Shown here: piece after piece, positions 1 to 7,680 of the stretch
How positions within the stretch are numbered: position 1 is the stretch's first letter
Layout of the letters: each line of letters opens with the position of its first letter
NCBI GenBank assembly: GCA_051251855.1
Contig: JBPOGI010000002.1
Location: forward strand, 320,001 to 384,000
Direction of reading: 5' to 3'
Length of the DNA: 64,000 bases
DNA from: Roseibacillus sp.
GTDB lineage: Bacteria > Verrucomicrobiota > Verrucomicrobiia > Verrucomicrobiales > Akkermansiaceae
The notes under the pieces: generated by a model
Seen by the model: only the letters and a program-made list of their open reading frames with translations
The model's database searches: none
Told to the model about the DNA's origin: nothing
Program-made: the position numbers and the translations under genes

Positions 1-960
1 CACTTCGGCGATTTCCATGGGGTTGTCGTCGATGAAGACAAAGGAATCGAGGGCGAGATTGAGCTGCTCGGCGAGGGCGGCGATATTTTTGGACTTAGCC
101 TCCCAGTTGACTTTCCAGCCCACGATGTCTTCTTCGCGAAGAATCATGCCGGAATTCTTTTGGAAAACCTCGCGAACGTCGCTCTCTTCGTTTTTGGAGG
201 CGAGACAGAGAATCATTCCAGCATCCATGCGTGACTTGAGGAAGTATTGCAGAGCTGCGTAAGGTTTAGTTATTTCGAGTTGTTCGGCGCCAATTTCGGC
301 TGCGACTCCGGGCCAGAGGGTGGAATCGGCATCGACGACGAGGACTTTGGCGGGAGGAACGAGAGTGGCGTGAATCCGCCGCGCGATGAGGGTGGCGAGA
401 GCATGGAAGTAGTCGTCGCGGTAGGGGAGGTGACCTTCTTGATCGGCGATGGGATCGAGGATGTCTTCGACTGGGTAGGAGCTGAGGAGCTTTTTCTCAG
501 AGACGATTTGAAGCTTTAGCGTGCGGCATTGTTCGACAATCTCCGTGGAGAGCTCTTGGACGAATGCTGCGAGGACGGGGTCTAGGGCGATGCCTTCCGA
601 AGGCTCTGTGAGAATGATGAGGTATCGTGAAGGAGTGGGGCTGGCTTGGGAGCGCAGAATGTCGAGGAACTCGCGAGTGTTCTTGCGGAGCTCCTCCTTC
701 CATTCGGATGAGCCGAGCTCCCCAAAGCGCTGCCAGTCCTCGGGACGAAGGAGAATAAGGTTGAGGCCGTTTTCGTTGCGATGGAAGGGGGAGTTGGGGT
801 CGAGAAGGCTTTGAAAAACTTGGTTGTAGGGAGCGTAATTGATGTCCGCTGGGAGATGGAGGCGCTTGAACCAGTGGTTGAGGGCAGGGGTGAGCGGCTC
901 TGCGGTGAAGGTGGCCGAGATTTCGAGAGAATATCGGGAGCTGGAGGGGGATAGGCTCAT
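1..960 (-). CDS. FkbH-like HAD-IIIC phosphatase/glyceryl transferase domain protein (partial, continues past window start)
   Basis: Not in ORF track because it runs off the edge. Manual translation from ATG 960: MSLSPSSSRYSLEISATFTAEPL...APYNQVFQSLLDP...KVLVVDADSTLWPGV...ASKNEESDV...KVNWEAKSKNIAALAEQLNLALDSFVFIDDNPMEIAEV, which are FkbH motifs (DxD, SKN, FIDDNP). Confidence 0.88.
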   Translation of the reverse strand, partial: MSLSPSSSRYSLEISATFTAEPLTPALNHWFKRLHLPADINYAPYNQVFQSLLDPNSPFHRNENGLNLILLRPEDWQRFGELGSSEWKEELRKNTREFLDILRSQASPTPSRYLIILTEPSEGIALDPVLAAFVQELSTEIVEQCRTLKLQIVSEKKLLSSYPVEDILDPIADQEGHLPYRDDYFHALATLIARRIHATLVPPAKVLVVDADSTLWPGVAAEIGAEQLEITKPYAALQYFLKSRMDAGMILCLASKNEESDVREVFQKNSGMILREEDIVGWKVNWEAKSKNIAALAEQLNLALDSFVFIDDNPMEIAEV

Positions 961-963
961 GAA

Positions 964-1755
964 CTAGAGGATGTTTTGGACGCCGATGTTGACGGGATCG
1001 TGGCGATCATTACTGGCAGGGAAGTCTTGCCGCCATTTTCGGACAGAGGCGAGGTCGAGAGGTGCGGAAAGGATTTCGACGGAACCACTGCCCTCTGCGA
1101 GTACTTCGCCTTTGGGATCGACGATGAGAGAGCAGCCAGGGAAGTCGAGATTCGGATCGGAACCCACGCGATTGACGCCGATAACGTAGGCTTGGTTCTC
1201 GATGGCGCGTGCTTTAAGCAGGGTGACCCAGTGTTCGACGCGAGGAGTAGGCCAATTGGCGAGGACGATGAGAAGCTCGGCAGCAGGAGTGGCGAGGCGA
1301 AAAATTTCGGGGAAGCGTAGATCGTAGCAGACGAAGGGAGCGAGGGTCCAGTCGCCGAGCGGCATCGTTTTGACCCAAGAACCAAAAGAGCCAGCATCTT
1401 TCTCACCAGAGGGGGTGAAAGGGTGGATTTTGGCATAATCGCCGACTACTTTCCCAGATGAGTCGATGAGGATGGCCTCGTTGGTGAGGAGATTTTCACG
1501 ATTGGAGACCATTCCGGCTATGATTGCGGCTTGGTATTTTTGGGCGATTTTGGAGAGAAAATCGAGTGTGGGTGAGTTGGCCGGGGTTTCAGCAATCTTT
1601 GCGAAATCCATGCTGAATCCTGTCGCAAACATCTCAGGGAGAACGATTAAGGAGTTTGGTTCAATTTTTTGGCCAGACAGTAGGTTCTCCAAGATCTCGA
1701 AGTTCGAGGCCTTGTCTTCCCAAATGGGATTAAGCTGACAGCAGTATACGCGCAC
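964..1755 (-). CDS. Carbon-nitrogen hydrolase (nitrilase superfamily, omega-amidase-like)
   Basis: E-K-C triad motifs LPEMF, YAKIH, VCYDLRFPE; ARAIENQ; GTG start; stop 3 nt before the FkbH start. Confidence 0.92.
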   Translation of the reverse strand: MRVYCCQLNPIWEDKASNFEILENLLSGQKIEPNSLIVLPEMFATGFSMDFAKIAETPANSPTLDFLSKIAQKYQAAIIAGMVSNRENLLTNEAILIDSSGKVVGDYAKIHPFTPSGEKDAGSFGSWVKTMPLGDWTLAPFVCYDLRFPEIFRLATPAAELLIVLANWPTPRVEHWVTLLKARAIENQAYVIGVNRVGSDPNLDFPGCSLIVDPKGEVLAEGSGSVEILSAPLDLASVRKWRQDFPASNDRHDPVNIGVQNIL

Positions 1756-1783
1756 GGAGAGTCGGGACAGAATTACCGTGATG

Positions 1784-1818
1784 ATTATAGTTTAATGACA
1801 GAAGAATTAAACTATAAT
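1784..1818. promoter_or_regulatory. Perfect 13-bp AT-rich inverted repeat, putative operator
   Basis: ATTATAGTTTAAT-gacagaaga-ATTAAACTATAAT, about 30 bp upstream of the nitrilase start. Confidence 0.55.
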
Positions 1819-1913
1819 TGAGTGTTTTTTGAAGCGAGCCCTGTCAGCGAGGAAGGCAGGTGTCAGAAGGGGCTCTCAGAATAGTGAGTTTAGCTCTCTC
1901 TAAGTTATTCGTG

Positions 1914-2597
1914 CTAAGCTAAATGAAGCGTCGAATGGTGCAACTTGGGTTCGTGGGAAAGGTTGGGAAATTCTTCCCAATAGTTCCATGCGATTTCGGT
2001 GTCGGTGACCTTGAGATATGAGCGAGACCATGTCTGAGCGTCGGGTCGGTTCATGCGTACGGTGAAGGCGGAAAGAGGGGTCTGCTGGGGGTTCTGAAAG
2101 TTCTCAAGGTTGTTGCTTTCTTGAAATGCTTTTTGGCGAGCGGCTCTTACCTTTTCGAAACAAAAGGAGGAGCTGGTGACCGGAATCTGAGGTTGGAACG
2201 TGTTCAAGGTTTTCCCGCTCCAGCTAAAGGCTGCGACCTTACCTTTCTGAAAGAAGACGAGGTCAAAAGGTTTGGCTCCGGAGCACTTGGCTGAGAAGTT
2301 TTCTCGGATACTCGCGAATGACTTACAATCTGCGAGTTCCGTGACAACAAGTCCTCTGCTTTTTGAAAAAAACTGGCCGCTTTCCTCGTGCCAGCGGTTG
2401 AGAAGACAGGCGACCAAGCCATGCTCGTTAGCCAGTATCCAAGTGCCGCCCGCCTCTGGGTCGGTGGGTGCCAGATAGCGGGTGCCATTTTCAGTTTTAC
2501 GAGCGCTGGGGGGCTCAGCTCGACGGCGTGTTTTCAGCTCGTCTCGATTAAAAAAGACTTCGAGGCTATCTTGGCCGCGCCAAGTGAGTGTACACAT
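1914..2597 (-). CDS. NRDE/TANGO2 family protein
   Basis: N-terminal MCT, FNRDE motif, D-x-x-A-GGTW, LLN, SRG. Confidence 0.92.
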   Translation of the reverse strand: MCTLTWRGQDSLEVFFNRDELKTRRRAEPPSARKTENGTRYLAPTDPEAGGTWILANEHGLVACLLNRWHEESGQFFSKSRGLVVTELADCKSFASIRENFSAKCSGAKPFDLVFFQKGKVAAFSWSGKTLNTFQPQIPVTSSSFCFEKVRAARQKAFQESNNLENFQNPQQTPLSAFTVRMNRPDAQTWSRSYLKVTDTEIAWNYWEEFPNLSHEPKLHHSTLHLA

Positions 2598-2639
2598 TCT
2601 TTAAGGGGGAAGCCGTGTTTTGGCTTACCTTTGAGAGTA

Positions 2640-2903
2640 TTATTGAGCGAAGGGGTCTGCGACTTCCACTTTAGGAGCTTCCGCTTCTGGCTCTTCAGGT
2701 TCGCTTTTTTCGGTGTTGCCGACCGGCAACGCTGCGCCTGCTTTTCCTCATGTGCTCCCGCCCGGGGAGTTTCCAGAAGACATTCATGTAGAGACGCCCA
2801 TAGAAGGCAGAATCCACAACTGAGCAGCGAAATAGAGCCCGACGATAGCCACGAGGGCAAGAACGCCGGTGAGACTGCTTCCTCTTTGGTTCATTGTATT
2901 CAT
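2640..2903 (-). CDS. Candidate small membrane-anchored selenoprotein with two Sec (U40, U52)
   Basis: MNTMNQRGSSLTGVLALVAIVGLYFAAQLWILPSMGVST-U-MSSGNSPGGST-U-GKAGAALPVGNTEKSEPEEPEAEAPKVEVADPFAQ-TAA. TGA at 2784-2786 and 2748-2750, each followed by a SECIS-like hairpin. Fills the DoxX-NRDE gap on the same strand. Alternative ATG at 2894. Confidence 0.75.
2715..2730 (-). promoter_or_regulatory. SECIS-like hairpin 2 (GUUGCC-GGUC-GGCAAC)
   Basis: Perfect 6-bp stem, GGUC loop starting 24 nt after the second UGA; closely resembles the E. coli fdhF SECIS upper stem-loop GUUGCAGGUCUGCAC. Confidence 0.7.
2755..2769 (-). promoter_or_regulatory. SECIS-like hairpin 1 (CUCCCC-GGGC-GGGAG)
   Basis: 5-bp stem with G-rich loop, first loop G 21 nt after the first UGA; same CC-GGKC-GG apex as hairpin 2. 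Confidence 0.6.
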
Positions 2904-2971
2904 CTCAGGTAGGATAGTCGGGATTCGAAATTATTCCCGTTAAAAGTGCGATCTAATTGTCTGGGAGGGAT

Positions 2972-3382
2972 TTAGGCCGATGCACACTTATTACATTTAA
3001 GGTCGAAGCTCCAAGAGCCTGCGCCTTTCCAAATTACAAAAATGGAGAGGGCAATGAGGAGGAGAGGCAGGGCTAAGGGTGGTTCATCAGCCCAATCGTA
3101 GACGAGGTGAGTGTAGGTTGCCATTCCCATGGCTGGAATGGTGAGAGCTGCACCCACTCTGGCAAAATAGCCGGATACGAGAAGTGCTCCTGCTAGGAGC
3201 TGGAGGACGGGGCCAACAATGGCATTGAGTTCGGGAAAGGGGACCCCAGCGCCTCGCAAGATGGGCTCCAGGGGAGCAATACCAATGAGATGCTGGCTGC
3301 TGATGGCTAGGAGGGGAACAGCGATGAGGATGCGCGCAATGGCGGCTGATTTCTGGTTGGTGGTTTGGGTAATCTGTTTCAT
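2972..3382 (-). CDS. DoxX family membrane protein
   Basis: Four hydrophobic segments, ARILIA...G.FAR.GA...H...GAGSWSFD signature; C-terminal CNKC; start taken at ATG 3382. Confidence 0.88.
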   Translation of the reverse strand: MKQITQTTNQKSAAIARILIAVPLLAISSQHLIGIAPLEPILRGAGVPFPELNAIVGPVLQLLAGALLVSGYFARVGAALTIPAMGMATYTHLVYDWADEPPLALPLLLIALSIFVIWKGAGSWSFDLKCNKCASA

Positions 3383-3483
3383 GTTCACAGGGAAGAAGCG
3401 CGAACTTGGGCCTTTATTCCTTCTAACCACTCAGGCCTTGCGAATTCCGTTCATTTCGGGCAGAGTGCTTTTATTACGTAGTT

Positions 3484-4953
3484 ATGGAAATTTTGATAAA
3501 CTTAATCGCCATTGTGGTGGTTGTCCTCTTGTTCAACTTCATGATCTTCATTCATGAACTGGGCCATTTTTTAGCTGCCAAGTGGCGGGGATTAGAAGTC
3601 GAGAAGTTCTATATTTGGTTCGGAAAACCTCTTTGGAAAAAAACGATTGGCGGAGTGGAGTATGGCATCGGAAGTATTCCCGCAGGGGGATATGTGGCCT
3701 TGCCGCAAATGGCACCAATGGAGGCGATTGAAGGAGGAGATTCCGAGCGACGAAAGCAGCTTCCTCCCATCAAGCCGATTGATAAAATTATCGTCGCGTT
3801 CGCGGGACCGCTTTTTAGTTTCCTACTGGCCTTTGCGGCTGCGTGTGCAGTCTGGGTGTTTGGTAAACCTGCGGATACGGTTCATTCAACAGTGGTTGGC
3901 TACATTCAGGAGGGCAGCCCAGCAGAAAAATCGGGTATTGAGCTTGGAGACAAGATCGTTGCAGTGGATGGAGAAAAGGTCGGGCGCTTTTTGGGAGGCT
4001 TGGATGGTCTGAGTGAAAAGATTATGCTCAGCAAGAACAAGTCGGTGGAGATCACGATCTTACGTGATGGTGTCGAGAAGACGGTGACCTCTACTTTTCT
4101 GGTTGATGATACTTCTTGGTGGCAGCGTCGCGCGATGCGTCGGATTGGGGTGAGCTATGCCGATCCGCTTGTTATCGAAAATATTGAGAAGGAGAGTCCC
4201 GCTGAGCGAGCTGGTTTTCAAAAGGGGGATATCGTGGAAACAATCAATGGAGTGAGAATTTATAGTGTCCCGCAGATGAGCGATTTGCTGAAGGCGAACA
4301 TCGGAAAGAACGTGAACCTAGTGGTGCAGCGGGCTGGGGAGGACGTGGCGATTACGGTTGATTCGGTAGTGCCCAATGACAAGGTGACGGGTAAGGCGCA
4401 TCCTGATGGCCGCGCCATGATCGGAGCAAGATTTGAAACAGCCTTCGACCTTTCCCTAGTGAAGCCAAGTCCGGGTGAACAGGTAAAGGAAGGTTTGTTG
4501 TTGATGTTGACGACCTTGCAAGCAATCACCGCCAAGAATTCTAACGTTGGGATTCAGCATCTGAGCGGACCAGTAGGAATCGGTCATGCCATGTTTGGAT
4601 TCATTCGCACCGACGAGGCCTTGCGGCGAATTCTGTGGTTCATGGTGGTGCTTAACATCAATCTCGCGATTATGAATATGCTGCCTCTTCCTGTCCTGGA
4701 TGGTGGACATATTGTGCTGGCGATTGGCGAGCAGATTATGGGGCGTCCTGTGCAGTTGCGTCTCCTTGAAATTATTCAGACTGGCTTCGTTGTCGTTCTA
4801 TTGACCCTCTTTGTTTACATTACGAGTAAGGATATCGGCGGGCTAATACCTGGAGCCAAGGAAGAGCCTTGGGGTGAAAGAGGAATCGTCTGGCCCATTT
4901 TGACACCGACTGAACCAGCTCTCAATGGAGAGCTTTCCCCTACGTCGGAATAA
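3484..4953 (+). CDS. rseP: RIP metalloprotease RseP (M50, PDZ domains)
   Basis: HELGH, GGYV, AGP, two PDZ-like segments, NMLPLPVLDGGH. Confidence 0.95.
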   Translation: MEILINLIAIVVVVLLFNFMIFIHELGHFLAAKWRGLEVEKFYIWFGKPLWKKTIGGVEYGIGSIPAGGYVALPQMAPMEAIEGGDSERRKQLPPIKPIDKIIVAFAGPLFSFLLAFAAACAVWVFGKPADTVHSTVVGYIQEGSPAEKSGIELGDKIVAVDGEKVGRFLGGLDGLSEKIMLSKNKSVEITILRDGVEKTVTSTFLVDDTSWWQRRAMRRIGVSYADPLVIENIEKESPAERAGFQKGDIVETINGVRIYSVPQMSDLLKANIGKNVNLVVQRAGEDVAITVDSVVPNDKVTGKAHPDGRAMIGARFETAFDLSLVKPSPGEQVKEGLLLMLTTLQAITAKNSNVGIQHLSGPVGIGHAMFGFIRTDEALRRILWFMVVLNINLAIMNMLPLPVLDGGHIVLAIGEQIMGRPVQLRLLEIIQTGFVVVLLTLFVYITSKDIGGLIPGAKEEPWGERGIVWPILTPTEPALNGELSPTSE

Positions 4954-4977
4954 TTTCGACTCGTATCATCTGTTCCC

Positions 4978-6075
4978 GTGAAACCAATTAAGCTTCTTCG
5001 GTCGCCCTCCTCTGTCAATGTGGCAAGGCTGGGTTTCCTCCTCCTTTGTCTTCTGACAGGCGTCGCCCTGCACTACGGTTTTGGCGTCGATAATACGGGA
5101 ACTGATCTTCTGTCTATGACCCAAGCATTAGCTGGGGCGCTCCTGGTGGCGGGAACATTGATTTGGGTCGAGTCCTTGATTCGGGATGTCTCTCTGCGTG
5201 AGTTTTCGACAGGAACCTTTGGTCTTGCGGTGGGCGTTTTTTGCGGATGGTTGCTCACTCAGCTGAAGGTGGAGGAGGTTCTGTTTAAGCTCATCGAAGT
5301 GAATAGCGGGGCAGATTCGCCTTATATGGATAGCAGTATCCAAGACCTGATAGCGCTGGCTTTTCGGGTGGTCTTCATCGGGGGGATGGGTTTCATTGCA
5401 TCTACTCTCGCGCTTCGCAGCGGCAAGGAGGATTTCGCGTTCGTGGTGCCCTATGTTCGCTTTCGACAGGACGGAACTTCGGGCGCTCCCATTATCGTGG
5501 ATCGTGAGGCAGTCTTGGACGGACGGATTGAGTCGGTGATGAGTTCTGGGTTTCTAGCTGGGCGTATTGTGGTGCCGCGCATGGTTCTGGATGATTTACA
5601 GGCAATGGTGGATTCGCCTGAGGCCCAAGATAAGCAGAGGGCGCAGAGAGCCTTGGATGCCTTGGCCCGTATGAAGGCTAATGGCGACTATCGTCTCACC
5701 GTGCATGAGCACCCTGCCAATACTTCTGCAGATGATCCGAAGAGCCAGTTAGTGCGTATTTCGCAAATGCTGGCAGGGCGTATTCTCACCGTGAGCGACG
5801 AGACTGCGAAAATCGCGGAAGTGCAAGGGGTCGATGTGCTCAACCTTCACGAGCTGGTCGAGGCCCTGAAGCCAAAGGTGATTGTCGGTCAGCAAGTGCG
5901 CCTAGCGCTCGTTCGTAGCGGGCGGGACGAGCATCAAGCGGTGGGATATTTAGCAGATGGAACCATGATTGTGGTCAATAATGCCGCTTCTCGGATGAAT
6001 AGCACTCAGGATGTGGTGGTGATTTCCAAGCTAGAGACTACCAGTGGTGAGATGGTGTTTGCTGAGTTGGCTTAG
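4978..6075 (+). CDS. PIN/TRAM domain membrane protein (YacL-like)
   Basis: N-terminal TM helices, degenerate PIN (VDREAVLDGRI), QAVGYLADGTMIVV TRAM motif. Confidence 0.85.
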   Translation: MKPIKLLRSPSSVNVARLGFLLLCLLTGVALHYGFGVDNTGTDLLSMTQALAGALLVAGTLIWVESLIRDVSLREFSTGTFGLAVGVFCGWLLTQLKVEEVLFKLIEVNSGADSPYMDSSIQDLIALAFRVVFIGGMGFIASTLALRSGKEDFAFVVPYVRFRQDGTSGAPIIVDREAVLDGRIESVMSSGFLAGRIVVPRMVLDDLQAMVDSPEAQDKQRAQRALDALARMKANGDYRLTVHEHPANTSADDPKSQLVRISQMLAGRILTVSDETAKIAEVQGVDVLNLHELVEALKPKVIVGQQVRLALVRSGRDEHQAVGYLADGTMIVVNNAASRMNSTQDVVVISKLETTSGEMVFAELA

Positions 6076-6137
6076 AGTGTTGCAGCGAGCGAGAAGAGAC
6101 TCTGGATTAGCCCGAAAGCAAATTTAGTTGAGAGACC

Positions 6138-7028
6138 CTATTTTTGGTCCGAGGTTTTGTTCTCGATGATTTGTAAAAAAGGTTGGGAGGGTTCGTTGAG
6201 GCACCATGCAAATGCTCGCATCATGACGATCTGGAAGCTCACGCTAAAGGCGACTTCATCAGGATGGCCGATGACGCAGCAGAATACCTTGCCTGGGTTC
6301 TGTCCTGCCTTCGTAGCGTGCTCGACTGTCCAGAATACGGGCCATTTCGTTGCGTCCGGTACTCCTTCCGATTTGTTCTTTTCCTTCGGGGCACTGGTTT
6401 CTCCAAGAATGGAAATTTTTCCCTGTGCTCCCTTTGTTAGATTCCAATAGAGTTCGTCGCTCACACTAATGGTTTCAGGGAATCCACGGAAAACCTCATG
6501 CTTTTTGTCGAGTTTGATTTCGAGTTCTCCTCGTCCCCACTTTGACTTCGCTGAAGATTCTGCCCAGGAGAAGGCTAAGCCAATTCGTTGGGCCCATTCT
6601 TCGTAGCCGACTCGTTGCACTAGTGCTTGATGGACGACCATGATCGAGCCTCCTTGGGCTAGGTGGTTGTCCATGGCTGCAAGCTGTTCTTCGGAGAGGT
6701 TACTTTGTGTGAGGTTAAAAACGACTAAGTCTGCCGATTCCCACTGCGTCGAGCTTGGAAAGCCGTTGACGGCGGAAGTCTGCACCTTACCTACTTTGCT
6801 GAGTAGGGAGGAGAATCTCTGAGCAAAGGGCTGGTAAGAGTGAGTGTGCTTCGGGTGATCTGCTTTTGACCAACAGAAGAGAACACTCTTAGGTGAGGAT
6901 ATCTCTCTGTTTGTTTCCCTTTCGAGTTGGAGAAGTTCTTGAATTTTTTCGGAAGTAAGAAACTCCTTTGCTTGCGAAAGTGGAATAATCGTAAGAATGA
7001 ATAACAAAGATAGAAATGCGTGATTCAT
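6138..7028 (-). CDS. ThuA-like (class I glutamine amidotransferase-like) secreted protein
   Basis: Signal peptide from MNHAF; DH..H.H.Y, GG.I.VVH, DELY, PVFWT, G.VF....GH motifs. Confidence 0.8.
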   Translation of the reverse strand: MNHAFLSLLFILTIIPLSQAKEFLTSEKIQELLQLERETNREISSPKSVLFCWSKADHPKHTHSYQPFAQRFSSLLSKVGKVQTSAVNGFPSSTQWESADLVVFNLTQSNLSEEQLAAMDNHLAQGGSIMVVHQALVQRVGYEEWAQRIGLAFSWAESSAKSKWGRGELEIKLDKKHEVFRGFPETISVSDELYWNLTKGAQGKISILGETSAPKEKNKSEGVPDATKWPVFWTVEHATKAGQNPGKVFCCVIGHPDEVAFSVSFQIVMMRAFAWCLNEPSQPFLQIIENKTSDQK

Positions 7029-7158
7029 AAAGATGACGGAGGCAGGAATGTCCCTTGGTGATGAGTAATGCAGATGGGGTCCTTGTGTCAATTCGGTAGG
7101 AGATGAGCACTAAGGAGAAGGCTGACTCGGTTTCATTCTGGATGGCTGAAGAAGTACG

Positions 7159-7605
7159 TTATTGCGGTCTGACTTGGACAAATTTTCTTACCTTGCGAAT
7201 CGTTATTCCTAGGCCAGGAAATTCTGAAAAGACTCCGATGGAAGCGTCCCAATAGTCGTGTTGAGTGGCCACCATTCCGTTTTTGTTGAAAGTGAAGTAG
7301 CTGACACCTGGAAGTTCGCGTTCTTTGCCGCGAAAGCGATAGCGCATTACCCACTTGAGAAAAGCGGCTTGTTCATCGCCGCGAGAATCTGTGACGTCGA
7401 TACGGATATGTTTGAGTTGCTTAAAGAGGTCTTGAAAGATCACAGCCAGATCTTTCAAGCCGTTTCCCTCATTGATGGGATCGATAAAGTGAACCCGATC
7501 GGAGTAAAAGTTTTCTAACCGTTCGACGGAGTCGGGTTGGAGGTCAGTAAGAAAGGAAGTGATTCTCGCGATCGGGTGAAGAGTCGTCGAGGGCGTGTTT
7601 TCCAT
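7159..7605 (-). CDS. SnoaL-like / NTF2 family protein
   Basis: FYS..V.FIDP, W.M, HDYWDA motifs; start taken at MENT. Confidence 0.85.
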   Translation of the reverse strand: MENTPSTTLHPIARITSFLTDLQPDSVERLENFYSDRVHFIDPINEGNGLKDLAVIFQDLFKQLKHIRIDVTDSRGDEQAAFLKWVMRYRFRGKERELPGVSYFTFNKNGMVATQHDYWDASIGVFSEFPGLGITIRKVRKFVQVRPQ

Positions 7606-7680
7606 GTGTTGATAACAACCTACTAACTTCGTGGGCGAATCTTGCGGAATATTCGCTAGATTCCGATTCACATCAAAGTG

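Noticed and set aside
2534..2860. 108-aa minus-strand ORF and the 174-aa plus-strand ORF 2388-2912
   Set aside because: Both overlap NRDE and lack protein-like features; the TGA-containing frame 2640-2903 explains the region better.
2640..2903. Reading the two TGAs as pseudogene damage or a TGA=Trp/Gly genetic code
   Set aside because: TGA is a normal stop in thrS and other genes here. Two independent nonsense mutations in identical ACA-TGA context, each with a matching hairpin, are unlikely, though not formally excluded.
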